A DNA stretch of 64,000 bases from Octopus sinensis (GCF_006345805.1 NW_021833026.1:828099-892098), one strand, 5' to 3'; positions 26,196-42,404 are shown, counted from the stretch's first letter. Program-made: numbers and translations. The notes: a model not told the origin generated them from the sequence alone.

Positions 26196-27562
26196 ATGTA
26201 TTGGCTGCTTTTGAGTATTGCCTGTTCAAGTTAATTATAAATACGCAATTTAGTCGGTGCCGATGTGACCATAATCAGTTATTCGAACGACATTAAGATA
26301 AATGAAAGCTTTTCAGCCACCTGCAAGTCGAGCACTGACAAAATGACTTACTGGCAGTTCAAAGGACAAAACATAAGCAACTACAAGGACATTTACTCGT
26401 TCCCAGTTGAGGACAATGAAATCATTTTCATTCCCAAAATGAGAGAAGACTTGTTTGGAAATTACACGTGCAAGGACGGACAATCACAGAAAACAATAGA
26501 ATTATACAACTATGGTTGTACTTTTTATAATCAATATTATTAATTAATAATTGGTAGACGAGACATTCGGAATATTCGGATGTGTTGACACAGTGGTGAC
26601 TGCCCGACTCCGGGACCATTTGATTCCCTGCAGAATAGAAGTCCGTCATAATCTCGAAGGTCGAATTTTTTGGATTAAGGACATCCAATTATTGAGTGAA
26701 TTATATCCTTGCAATACTCACAGACAACACGGCCAAAATAAGCATAAACGACGACGGAATTGTCATCAAAGACTTTACTTGGGAAGATCAAGGGCTATAC
26801 CAAGTCTCAGTGTACACTAATCGGAACGTCAATCTCCACCTGAAAGTACGAGTCACTCTCGCTAGTAAGCCCTCGTGAGCTCAAATATGCAGTTGTACCC
26901 GAAGTCTCAATAACTGGGATTGAACTGCTGGTTGGAAGGACGCAGTTGCTGAACTGTATTATCAGATCGCCACGGGAAGTGCAGTTCGATTTTGTTAGCC
27001 CTTTTTGGATTACAGTAAGTCAGTGGCTTGACGGGTAGAGAAATAAAGTTTCAAAATGTGAGAAATATTTTGGATTAGTCGAATGCCGAACGACACTCAC
27101 ATTGTTTGCTAAAAAACTGGATGCTTATGAAATCAGGTGTAATGCCTCGAACATGTACGGAAGTGAGTCAGAGTCTCATGTGCTTCACCATGTGTGTATG
27201 TTCTCCATTGTTATTGTAGCAATTCCTTCCATGCCGCGTCTGAAGACAAAAAACGGGAGATTGTTCTGGGGCTCCCCCGGGCAGTACTCGTCGAACTTCA
27301 GTTCACCGAACTACACTTCCTCGACATTGGTCCACGTCGAAGTTTTCTAACATTGTGATTGTGCTAGTCACTCTGCTACTCCATGGACTTAATATTCCCG
27401 TCGGGTGTGAGCAGTGCCCTATTCTGTGATTTGGTAAAGTATACGGACGTGTACCTTGTATCAGTGAAAGTATATAACTGGGAGCTTTCGTCTGGCGTGG
27501 TGCATGGGGCATTTGAACTGATATGCAAAGATCTTGACCCCTGCAACAACACTATTTTTTAG
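26196..27562 (+). CDS. Secreted Ig-Ig-Ig-FN3-like protein, copy 1
   Basis: Signal-like MYWLLLSIACSIGA; Ig motifs ATCK..YWQF..GNYTC, PCRI..FWIKD..DQGLYQV and NCII..RCNASNMYG; FN3-like YLVSVKVYN; no transmembrane segment seen. Confidence 0.75.
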
Positions 27563-28209
27563 GACGTCGAAACTATGTTGTTTGATTAAGAAAGATGCTA
27601 ATTTCTTTTTACGTTAGACTAAAATATGATTACTTTAAACGATATTTAAGTACTTTGCGAGTTTTAGACGAATTTTAATTTCCACGGGGTTTTAAGACAT
27701 GAATGTCCTTCAAGATAAGTAGTGAATCTGAATGGCCTTCACAGCCAGAAGATGACTTTCCAGAACAATTTATGGCCTTTCCATTCTCTGTAAAACATAA
27801 AACTAAATAAAATGGTTAAATGCCACATATTTCGCTCGGAAAAGTCAATCAATGTTTTAGTTTCGAGAACTATCAAAGAAATGATTTTTTAAAGTACATG
27901 TGGTTGGACTCCGCAAGTCATGTTGCACCAGAACCAACGGTCTTGGAGAGATTGTTAAGATTAAACATGCATTTAATCATATCGGGTGTATGAGTGATTT
28001 TTTCCATAATGACGGAATTTCATTTTTGTTAACTGAGTAATTGAAAACTTGGGTAAGGGCTTCGATTCCCACCGGCCCCAAGTGTTTTAATTCATCAATT
28101 GAAATATCGTCAGCTCCTCTTGACCTTATATTTTTCATGTATTTAGTTATGAATTACGCTGAGAATCGAATATTTGAAAGAAAAATGGCGCAAATGCAAA
28201 CTGACTGGG

Positions 28210-29581
28210 ATGTATTGGCTGCTTTTGAGTATTGCCTGTTCAAGTTAATTATAAATACGCAATTTAGTCGGTGCCGATGTGAACATAATCAGTTATTCGA
28301 ACTACATTAAGGTAGATGAGAGCTTTTCAGCCACCTGCAAGTCGAGCACTGACAAAATGACTTACTGGCAGTTCAAAGGACAAAACATAAGCAACTTCAA
28401 GAACATTTACTCGTTCGTTGTGAAGGGCCAAGAAATCTTTTTCATTTCCAGACTAAGAGAAGACTTGTTTGGAAATTACACGTGCAATGACGGACATTCA
28501 CAAAAAACAATAGAATTATACAACTATGGTTGTACTAATTTTATAATCAATATTATTAATTAATAATTGGGAGACGAGACATTCGGAATATTCGGATGTG
28601 TTGACACAGTGGCGACTGCCCGACTCCGGGACCATTTGATTCCCTGCAGAATAGAAGTCCGTAGTAATCTTGAAGGTCTGGTTTTTTGGAAGAAGGACAA
28701 CCAATTATTGGGTGAATTATATCGTTGCAATACTCACAGAAAATACGTCCAAAATAAGCATAAACGACGACGGAATTGTCATCAAAAACTTTACTTGGCA
28801 AGATCAAGGCTTATACCAAGTCTCAGTGTACACGAATCATAACGTCAATCTCGACCTGCAACTACGAGTCACCCTCGCTAGTAAGCCCACGTGACCTCGA
28901 ATATGCAGTTGTACCCGAAGTCTCAATAATTGGTCACAATATGGGGATTGGAAGGGGACAGGCGTTTATCTGTAAGATCAGTTCGCCACTGGAAGTGCAG
29001 TTCGATTTTGTATCCCCTATATGGATTACAGTAAGTCAGTGACTTGACGGGTAGAGAAATAAAGTTTCAAAATGTGAGAAATATTTTGGAGTAGTCGAAT
29101 GCCGAGCGACACTCACCTTGATATCTTCAGAAGAGGATACTTATAATATGACGTGTAATGCCTCGAACGTGTACGGAAATGATTCAACGTCTTTTTTGGT
29201 TTCCACTCTGCGTATGTCCTCCACTCTTGTTTTAGCAATTCCCTCCATGCCGACACTGTGGTTAGAAAACGAGAGACTCTTCTGGGGCTCTTCCAGTCAG
29301 TATTCTTCGAACCTGAGTTCACCGAACTACACTTCCTCGACATTGATCCACGTCGAAGTTTGCTGACATTGTGATTGTGCTAGTCATTCTGCCCTTACTC
29401 CAAGGACTTTATATTCCCATCGGGTGTGATCAGTGCCAGATTCTGTGATCTGGTTTACTATACGGACTGGTACACTGTAGCAGTGACTGCATACAAGTGG
29501 GGGGTTGCGTCTGAGGTGGCGTATGGGTATTATATGCTGTCATGTGTTGATCGTTCTTATCCCTGCCGCTACCCACTCTAA
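28210..29581 (+). CDS. Secreted Ig-Ig-Ig-FN3-like protein, copy 2 (tandem paralog)
   Basis: Same exon/intron layout and upstream sequence as copy 1. Confidence 0.75.
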
Positions 29582-29729
29582 GAGGACCTTGGTTATTGAT
29601 TCCGTGGTTAAGATTCTTTTTTACTTTGGGCTAAAATATGTTTACTTTAAACGATATTTAATCAAACAAAACTCAATGAAAAAACTCGATGTTAAGTTAT
29701 TATTTTACCATAAATCTATAATAAATAAC

Positions 29730-31250
29730 AATTAAATACCAATGGGACCTCTGTGACTGATGTTTTTTGACCAAAGATTTGATATCTAGCTCTATTTGTG
29801 TTATTTTTAAACGAATATCTCCTCTAATGGACACATCCAATCTGTTTCGTTCTTTATTTACAATTCGATATAGAATGCTAAATCCACGTTCAACACCGTA
29901 TGGTGTCGGAAAATAGAGTAGCAATTGTGCTATTTCGTTCCACAATTTTGGATAAGTCTCTTTCACTTTGATATTTTGACAAAAAATAACTGACGTTTTT
30001 GAATCTTCATAGTATAGTTTTAATTCTGGATTGAATTATAAAGTAATTAATTCCTCTTGAATATTTTCTTTTTCTTCTGGCTTCGACAAAAATAGATTAA
30101 TCATCTAAGATGGAATTTCTAATTCAAGAATATTTTGGAATCGGCGAATAAATCTTTTTCTATAGTGAATAAACGTTGCAAAAAGTTGTTAATATCTTTA
30201 TCATCAAATGTTTGATAAATTGATTGGAATTCGGAAATGTTATAATAATTTATTTTTTTCAAGTTGTATTTATATAACTCATTTTTTCGATAAATATTTG
30301 AATAATTCTTTTGCAATCTATTAACGTGAAATACTTTCCCTGAAGTCCTAATGAAATTTCATTAGATTTTCAAAAAATCCACGACAAATAAACAATTTCT
30401 TTCTTTTTCGATACAATTAAATCTGCTAAATTTTTGTCACCCTCAGAAGTTAGAAAATTCACGATTGTGTCAAATAATATTAAAAATCGTTCTAATGCAT
30501 TTTCCTTTGATAACCATCCCACCTATAAAATTGGAAACTATTGTGAAGCACAAGATTTTTTAGCCTCATAGCAAATTTTCTAAGACGATCATAGCTATTT
30601 GCTTAGGTTGATGAAATCATTCAACATTGTTTTTTTGTCAAAAATAAATTAATATGAAAAAATCGTTCATACATAATTGTGATTAATTAATCATTGACTT
30701 TACATATACATAGCCAATGAAATATTTGACTATATAAATAGAAATGCAAAGTTTCATAATATTATTTTAATGTGAATGCACAGAATGCGTATTATTAATT
30801 TCGAATTATGTTTTACGAATTGACAAGGAAAAGAAATAAGCTAGACAACTAATTTCTATGTATAAACAATGCATATTATCATTTGCATTTGATTGAGTTT
30901 TTTTTATATATATGAACTTTTATCGATTTCCCAATCCTGGTAATAGACATGTAGAACACTTTTGAAACCTAATGTTGTCTATGTAGAGCGCAATGTATAT
31001 CAATCACATTAGGCAAATTTTTTTCAAATATGCTGCAAATCCTTTATACTTCCCAACCATAGACATTACGCAAGAAACTAAATTTTCATATTGAATCTTT
31101 TTCTCATCCAAAAATAATTTGACTACAGAAAAAATAGAAAATCCAGTAGTATCAGTTTCTAAATATTTGACGAATAATAAATCTTCTGTAAGAAGAGCAT
31201 GATCGTCAAAATATCTTTTAGCACGAAATAGTTTTTGCTAAATAGTTTAA
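29730..31250 (-). mobile_element. Degenerate hAT (Charlie/Buster) transposase
   Basis: SMVGKYKGF..IHCALHRQ, GWLSKENALERF and LLLYFPTPYGVERGFS..RNRLD..DIRL. Confidence 0.75.
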
Positions 31251-31339
31251 CTAGAAAATATTAATTCGTTGAACAACGCATAAAATTCAAACCACAGTAA
31301 TAACAACACCCAATGGTTTAACGAGTAATTTAAAAGGGA

Positions 31340-32272
31340 TTATAATTCATTGTATAAAATCCGATGACGAGGGTTTCGTAATATGTTCTTATTTTTACTG
31401 AGAATGTTAAGCAAATTGGCCTTGACTATGAGTATGAACATTACATAATAATTCCTGGTAAGCTGCAGAATCAAGAACTGATTAACCGTGTACATGCTGT
31501 CGACATGAGTCAAATCTTTGTTGGCGTCTTCCTGCAATGAGGCAGACGAATACAATATATAAATCCGAGCACAGTCTCCTTAGGACGTGTCCCCGATACG
31601 TGTGGTAGTTAATGAGTGATTGGTAGCATATGGTAGACAGTCGCTGAATCAAGGACAGTTTATCAATCACCTTCGTCTAAACTAAACAACCATTTCTGAT
31701 ACTTGCGTCCAGTAGCCAAAATTATCGCCTGTCTGGAAGGCTGGGTAGCAGAGTTGGACCCACATCATGACCTGCCAAAGTCACTCTACAAGATACATTC
31801 ATCACCTGCCTGTTTAATTTAAGCAGAATGTCGTAAAGAAGATTGTTGATTTGACTAATGCGGGTGTTCATCGGGACCATCCGTCGGTAAGGGGCAGCTT
31901 GTATTTCCCATCCCCTCTTGTTGGATTTCCAGTCTGATCAGTCCGTCGGGGTCTTTGGAATGGAGACAGTCCATGACTCGCTGAGTCACTTAATGATTAT
32001 CGTGTCAAATCAAACAATCGTCGTCAATCTCTTCATTCGTCTGAATTATGTTAAATTGACAAAACCGCCAAGTTGTCTTGAATGATGCGACTGATTTCCA
32101 AATTGGAGGAAAAATCCGAGAAGTAGGTCTAGTCTCATTTTGTCCCTAAACCTCAATTTTGTTGGAAATGTCGTCGATTCGATCCCTTATTTTGTATTCC
32201 AAGTATATTTCCATCTCGAGAGTGACTGACCAATCATACTTTTTTGTCAAGTTTTTGCAATGTAGTTGTCAT
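31340..32272 (-). CDS. Divergent proteasome activator PA28/REG family (PSME3-like)
   Basis: After splicing, MVPMN..N|VMMWVQLCYPAFQTGDNFGYWTQ|TKVI..NYHTYRG..I|ED..VD..KNKNILRNPR aligns with PA28 VKMWVQLLIPRIEDGNNFGVSIQ...KNIEKIKRPR. Confidence 0.7.
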
Positions 32273-32425
32273 GTAATATAAACACAATACTACTTAATTA
32301 GTATTTTATTCATATTATGTCACCTAAAACAAGTTTATACAAAATTATTATAAAAAATGTTCCGATTATGAGATTCACTAAATAGACTCGTACAATGAAA
32401 GAACACATTAAAAAAGACAGAATAA

Positions 32426-34935
<2,510 letters not shown>

Positions 34936-35253
34936 TCTATGTGTCCACGAGGATGTAAATTGGTTTTAGTTTTTTTATTTATTAATTTATTTAATAAATA
35001 TAACATACCCGAACAATAAGAATTATTTTTCTACTAATTTTTACTACTTCTCTTTGTCTCCCTTTCCTTGGTGGACACATTTGAAGGGTTTTGTCTTCAC
35101 CAGTGATGTTATCCCTACTTGTTAAACCGGGACAGATCTCTGTTTTTTATTTGATTAACATTATTTTATTTGAATATTTAATTGGTTTAATAAAACATAT
35201 AAACATTAAAAGTAAGCGCGATTATTAATTAATTTAGTTGTGTGCACTTAAGA

Positions 35254-36833
35254 ATGCCGAAAGAAAGCACTTTGAACAGTTTCACATCAATATCCACCAA
35301 ATCCCAGTCCTCAATAAAAGAAAGATCCACAACAAAACTAAGACCTCAAGACAGGGCCTTCCTTTCCTCCCTCTACCGACGAATGAACTCCAGATTAACC
35401 CCCACAGCAGACTCTGTGGCACTCTCCAACATCTTCAAAAACTTTTCTGACTCGGATTTGAAGGACCTGGCCCAAAAGGACGCGATGGGCAGACGCCTGG
35501 ACACTGCTGAGGGCGATTTCCTCATCCCCGACCGACAACGCACAAACACGGCCATTCTGGAGACCAAAATGTCGATGGGCCACACCTCAATGCGGGAAAT
35601 GCTGCCCAAGAATGCCTACGAGGAAAGACTCAACCACATCCTCTTCAATGGACAGCTCGGGGACAACAATGTGTTCAGATATGGCCATCCCTCCAAAGAC
35701 AGAGGTCCCCTCCCTCCACCAACATAGATCCCTATATCAGAATGACACAGGCATTGGACAGCATTGTGGATGAGAAGTGTCCGAAGAGTAAGTTGGAGAC
35801 AATCGAGAGGGAACCCAGCTGTGTGTTCAATTGTCCGGGACTGGCGGATGACTACTGTTGGGTGGCCTAATCGATGGTAGATTTGAACGTGCTGGACTGT
35901 TCGATCAGCACAAAAGTGGCGGTGGGGTTGCAGGACTATGTGTATATATGGGACAACTCCACCCGAAGGACGACTCGTCTGTCCACGTCCTCCCAGAATG
36001 ACAAGACGCTGTGTTCTGTCCGGTGGAGTGTGAGTGGGAGTAGTCTGGCAGTCGGACTGTCGACGGGGAGTGTGGAGATATGGGACATTGCCACATCCCG
36101 AGTGGTCCGCTCGATGTGCATGCGGATGGGCAGGATTGCTTCCCTGGCCTGGAATGGCATTGGCCTCACCAGTGGGTCCCGTTCTGGCATGATGTTCAAC
36201 CACGACCTGAGAGTACGGGACCACAAAGTCCACACCTATTCAAGACATTCCCTCGAGGTGTGTGGACTCAAGTGGGCGGGTGATGGCAGGAGGCTCGTCT
36301 CCGGGGGGAACGACGACATTGCCTGTGTGTGGGATGCCCGCAATCTCAATGTCCCCGCCAACGTCTTTGTCCACCAAGCCGCGGTCAAGGCTGTCGATTG
36401 GAGTCCTCAAAACACTTCTTTGCTGGCCACGGGAGCAGGGTCAGACGATAAGAAGATTCGTTTGTTCAATGTGTCCCTGGGAAGTGAGATTGCTCAGCAC
36501 GACACAGGGGAACAGGTGGGATAGGATGGATTGTGTGTTAGGTCTCCGCCGTTGTGTTTTCCAAGGTCAGCAACGAGTTGTTTAGTTCGCATGGATCCCC
36601 CGGGAATGAAATAAATGTGTGGAGTCTGCCCAAATTGAAGAATTCCTACAGTATTCCTGGTTGTCTTTCCTTGGTTATTCGTAGCTCACTCTGCCAGGAT
36701 TCTGGGGATGGTGATGTCCCCCGATGGAAAGATTGTGGCCACTTTATCCTCCGACTGTACTCTAAAGATGTGGGACTGTGTTAGTAGAACTAAGCCCAAA
36801 ATATCTGCCTTTACAAATCCATTCATTTATTGA
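35254..36833 (+). CDS. CDC20: APC/C coactivator CDC20/Fizzy family WD40 protein
   Basis: C-box-like GDFLIPDR, PGLADDY|YLNVLD, HSLEVCGLKW, SGGNDD and HQAAVKAVDWSP; four tiny introns. Confidence 0.85.
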
Positions 36834-37089
36834 CGTTTTTATTCATTTTGTGTGTCATTCTAATTGCTACTTTAATTTATTGTTACGTGTGTCTGATTCT
36901 TTGTGTCAATAGATTTGCAGGCTAGATTTAATTTTCAATTCCTAAGTTTATTGTTGACGTGAGTTCACTTTTTTAACTTACATTGAGCTGCTCCCTTTTA
37001 TATTCGATAAAAATTTTGTCTAATGGAGTCTATATCCCAAGAGGGAAAATATCTAGTCGGTCGTGCGCTGGAAGACCCATGCGGGTGGA

Positions 37090-38175
37090 TAATAAGTATG
37101 GATCATCCATTCCACTTTACGAAGAAAAGAAGCCTGTTTATTGTTGTTTTCATGAAACGTAACTGTTCACGATTAAAAAACAAGCAAAAATTGCCATTTT
37201 GAAGTTCATTGAATCGAATATTGAAGTGCCTTCATAAAAATTTCAGAAATTTTTTTCCGAAAAATATAATGTATCTATTTCTCTTAGATTTATTTATGAT
37301 TTGAAAATCAGAAAGGAAATGTGTTGAATAACTTAGGATCTGACATTTCTCTTAAAGAATATTTAAAGTTTAGTGAAATCAATAATGATACGATTTCTTT
37401 GATTAATTTAATGGATGCTAAAAGAGCCATTTTGAACGATGAAATTATTACTGGGAAGGCCAAAATATTTGATTCGAAACGGTTGCAAAAACACGAAAAC
37501 AACGTCGTTTTGCACCCACTGGATCAGGGTATAATTAATTGGTGCAAATGCAATTTCATTTCTCTTAACTTTCCAATATTATTCAGAAAATGAAATCTGG
37601 GATAAATCTCCATATTGCATACAAAAAATTAAACTTAAAAGATGCAATATTATTCACACATGATGCATGGAACAAGATTGATAATTCCTGAAAATTCAAA
37701 TTCTTCACACGCGCAAAATGGATTCAAAACATTGAAAGTATAAATCATGAAAATCCTATGATTGAAAATTACAAATATATTCTATAAAAAATAAACATAA
37801 GTGATCCTTTAGAAGCGAGACTTTATGTCGAAATGAACTACACTGAAAACAAAGAATTTGATTTGAGTGATTTAAAGACAATAGAACAAGAAATTGATAG
37901 TGAAGAACCCCTAGAGAAGAATCAGAAAGGTGTAACTTTTAACAAGGCTTCAGTCTTAAAGAAGAATTCTTCGATGCTGAAAATCTAGAATTTATTGAAA
38001 AGCTTGGATATTCAATGATCCGAACTCTAAAAAAATAAATTCAAAAATTAGTGATTTTTTTGTTATAAATAATTTTTGCTTTACATTATTAGTGGATGAA
38101 AAATCCAATAAGTTTCTCGAATCCCCCAGATTTTGCCGATTCCCGAAATTGGTGGATTCGAAAGACTATACTGTA
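37090..38175 (+). mobile_element. pogo/Tigger degenerate element
   Basis: HPLDQGII motif; terminus ending ...GACTATACTG-TA. Confidence 0.6.
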
Positions 38176-38324
38176 TTCATTTTTTAATTTTGGACCTTCT
38201 TAAAAAGTATAATCCGACAATGATAAAGAATTCAAAAATGAAATAGTTATTTTATTATGCCAAGAATTCAACATTTCACAGAAGTTTAGTCGCCAAAAGC
38301 ACCATCAAAAATAGGGTCAAATTT

Positions 38325-38750
38325 ATTTATTTATTTAAAGACCAAACACGGGTAAGCCAGTTAATTATTATAATCCCCGTGGTCCCCGATTCAAGCGAGG
38401 GAGATCCTACTGATAGGTTCGAACCTGCCCACATGAACGGCCTGAGACGACGATGTCCCAGGGTCAGAGATCTAGAAGTCCTTTTTCAATTAGGCCTTGA
38501 AGTGCCTCCTGAGCGTTGCCATATCAGATTGGAAGTTCCAACTGACATGGTGGACCCCATAACGCCACGCTAAGACCGGAAGGAAGGTAAGAGATCCCCA
38601 TTTCCAACTGTGTCGTGCCAGAAGTACTCGTTGCCTCACGGGCAGGGGAACGATAACGAGAATTGACCCCCGGATGAAAACTAGCCTCCTTCGGAATCGA
38701 ACTCACGACTGTCCAGATCCATTATCCATAGCTTAGTCTTCAGCCAAGGG
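38325..38750 (-). mobile_element. Possible LINE 3' end
   Basis: GC-richer insert ending in a (TAAA)n tail on the minus strand; no diagnostic protein motif. Confidence 0.3.
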
Positions 38751-39177
38751 TCAAATTGAAAGGTGGAACCAAAACCTAACGTGTTGATTAAAAAACGATT
38801 TAAAAAGAAAATCACAAATGGTCTACAGGGCTTAATTCAGTTCTCAAATAACTAAAAAAAGTCACGGTTCAACCTATTCCAAGTTACTAATAAGAACTAA
38901 TGAAACTAATACCATTCAAATTATTAAGAAATCTTGAAAAAAATTGAATCAAAAACGCAAACAAGTGATAAGGAATATAAAAAGAGTACATCATAAATTA
39001 AATTTAAAAGAATTCCTAAATAGAGTACTCATAAAAGGGATTACTGTTGTATATACCAATAAAAATTTATTCCCCCAGATTTTATAAAGCACATTTACAG
39101 AAGACAAATAGTTAATTCAACGACTAATATGACAAAAACATCCAAGTTGCAAATTAAAAAAATAATATAAAAACACG

Positions 39178-39970
39178 TTAGACAAACGTGGTAATCTTGC
39201 CCTCAGATTTTGACCACACCGCCTCCATGGAAATATAAAATTCGGCCATTTTGTAGCCAAATTGTTTCTGCAGTGAGGGAGAACTAAAATACCAGAAGAT
39301 TGGCCTTTTCGGGGGTGAGGACATCTCCGGGGGAACACAACTCATAGTCGGCCATCAGTCTCACCTTCCCTGCCATTCTACAGACAAAGCAACCCTTCTC
39401 CAGCGACGTGGGGAGTCCGAGCGATCTCAAATAGGCTTCCACTGAGGAGGGGAATTGGTCATAAATTCCCTCCTTTAACGTGACTTGACTTTCCGCGGTA
39501 AATCCGGAACGCGGGAAATTGGGGACTCTCATTTCAGTGAAATAACTAGAATGATGGATGAGGGACTACTTCAGAATGTCAGCCTGGGATCGATTGGTAA
39601 ACAGGAGACCCCTGTCTCTGCATAAAAGATCGCCCATTTTTTGGAGGTCGGGAAATGAGGACAAGGCAATGGCCATCACCTTCTTTTTGCCAAAGAAAAT
39701 GCTGGAAGGTGAAGAAGGCAGACCAACCGCGAGTCTGCCAGCCCCACTCGAATATTGTGCATTGCAGAATTTAGAAAGTTGTGGGCTGAGAACACAAACA
39801 GGCGCTCGTATTTCAAAATTGCTTCTCGAATCTAAAGAAGGCTGTGTTTACGCAAATCACGTTTTCTATGAGCTGTTGCTTATGTTCTGCGCCCTTCTTC
39901 TTTGTGTTTGTCAGACAAACTATAATTAATTACAAACACTACTCTTATTTTTTCTTTTGGATTTTGGCAT
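39178..39970 (-). CDS. MRTO4: mRNA turnover 4, copy B (intact)
   Basis: MPKSKR..FFGKKKVMAIAL..GLLFTNRS..LRSLGLPTSLEKG|KVRLMADYELCSPGDVLTPEKANLL|KQFGYKMAEF. Confidence 0.9.
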
Positions 39971-40687
39971 CACACAACAAACGTGCACGTTTATTTATTC
40001 ATTTTCTTATTCGATAATGTTTTAATAAAACTTATTCTCATTTCACAAATTATCATTTTATTATTTCTTGATTAAATTGTCGCTTACATTACCAAGTAAT
40101 GTAGACTAAATAATTTTAAAAATTTGTTGAATTGCATTTTTAAAATATTTCCCATCTCATCTATGTACAATTTTTAAAAATGTTTTAATCTTCTATTTTT
40201 ATCATTAAAACTCTAAAATACAAACCGGTCTACGAATATTTTCCCCTATGCGGCCTTTGCCCGCGGATCATTTGTAACAATGGTACAATTATTTCATAAT
40301 TAAGTAAATATGGAACAATAAAAAACTCAGTACCAACTCAATAAATATTAGCAGTTAAAATTTTTTTACTCTGCTACCCGGGTTTGCATCCTCATCATGG
40401 CGTATTAATACTCATTGGCACTTTCTATTTCGTTTCCCCAATCAATGCCGAACAAGAGGTCAAAAGGCCTTTGTTTTGTAGTTTCGTGGACGGATTTATA
40501 TGAGTCGTCTAATTAGTGTTTATACTTGATGTTCTTTTCATTGTTTTGTTATAAATTTTACAATTTTAAATGCTAGATTTGATCATTTTAAGTGCTAATT
40601 TTGTAATTATAAATGCTAGATTTTGTGATTTTATGGCTAAAAAATTTTTTTAATTGCTAGAAAAAACTTGCCCTTATTAGTAATAAC

Positions 40688-42404
40688 TAGGGCAACCAAA
40701 AGTCAATAAAGTCAACTCAACAATAAATAATTATTCTTTCATAAAAATACTAGAAATACAATTTTTATTTTAAAAAAACTTTTATTTTGAAAGTTTTTTT
40801 AGGTCAACTTTGTCAATTTTTTCATTTTTAGGTCAACTTTGTCAATTTTTGTGTCATTTTCAGCCACGCTGACTATTATTTCATTGTTGTTGTGATGACA
40901 AAGTCGAAAAAATCTATCTACTCGAAAGCCTTGAGAATTATCCAAGAATTTCCCAATGAATTTTCAATTACCCCGGGTGGAGCATTATATTGTAATTTAT
41001 GCGATATTTGTGTAACATGCCATAAAAAATGGTTTGTTGATAAACACAGATTTACACAGAAACATATTTCACATATAAACGAATCTAAAAAGACGATTCA
41101 AACGTTTCTTCCCACCACTGTTAATACGAATGATTTTTCACTAAATCTGACTGAAGCATTTGTTTCAGCAAATATTCCTTTATATAAACTAAGGAACCCT
41201 GCATTAATCAATTTTTTCAATACTATCGGATTCGAGTTACCCTCAGAATCCAAATGCCGAAATAATGTCAAAATTTTGGCCGAAAGACGTGTCGATGAGA
41301 TAATCAGCTTGTTAATTAATGAAAAAATTTTTTTAATCGTGGATGAGACTGACGCTGGTAATGAAAAATATGTAAATATTCTTATTGGGAAAATAACGGA
41401 TCCCCAAATCAGCTATCTTATTGGTTGTGTACCATTAAATTCTTCGCTTAATGCATCAATTCTATGTCAGATTGTGGATGATACGATTCGATGTGCAAAT
41501 GTTGAGAGGAAAAATTTTTATTTTTTATTAACCGACGCGGCAAAGTATATGATTTCAGTCGGAAAACACTAAAAAATTTGTATCCTAATTTATTCCACGT
41601 AACATGTATTGCACATTTAATTCACAATTGTGCATTAAGGATAAAACTAAATTATCCTGTAGTGGATAACTTAATTGCCTCTATAAAAGGACTTGTTTTG
41701 AAAAATAATAGTCGAAGGCAACTATTTGCTGAAATAGGACTACCTCCAGAACCTATTGTTACTAGATGGGGAAGCTGGCTCCGAGCAATCAAGTACTACG
41801 CGGAAAATTTTCCCAGAGTGTTGGAAATATGCAATTCGCTAAAAGGAGAATCCATATTGATTCGGAGAGCAATGGAATCAATAAAAAATGAAGGACTTCT
41901 TAATGATTTAAAGGAGATATGGAATCAATATTCTCCACTCGTTGATGTTCTTAGTGAAATTGAGTCAAGGAACTTTTCTATCCAAAAAGCATACAATTTT
42001 CTGAGAAAACTCGATGTCCAAGAAGATACATGTAAAATAAATGAATATATAAAAAAGAGATTGAACACGAATGAAATTTTAAAAATTGTTAACGGAGATG
42101 GAATTTTTTTGCCTTTGGAAAAGTTTCAACTACTCCAGTGTCAGGCCACTACGTGTTCAGTAGAGCGCTTGTTTTCAGTTCTTCATAAAATTTTGGCCAA
42201 AGACCGAAATTTTAAAACTGAAAACGTCAAATATTATATGATTCTATATAATTCATGTTTCTAGAAAAAATTATTGCATAAAAATTATCTGAAAAACTTT
42301 TTTAGGTCTACATTCTGGTCAACTTTCATCTTTTTTGAATCAATTTTGTTGACTTTATGGAGGTCAATTTTTGCTTTTTTTAGGTCAACTTTGTGGTTGC
42401 CCCA
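40688..42404 (+). mobile_element. Near-intact hAT transposon (CGGBP1/DUF659-like transposase)
   Basis: TIRs TAGGGCAACCA / TGGTTGCCCCA; 8-bp TSD GTAATAAC; GTCAAC subterminal repeats. ORFs 40892-41572 and 41578-42264 carry a BED finger, DETD, TDAA, CxxH, TRWGSW and SVERLFS, with one frameshift. Confidence 0.9.
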
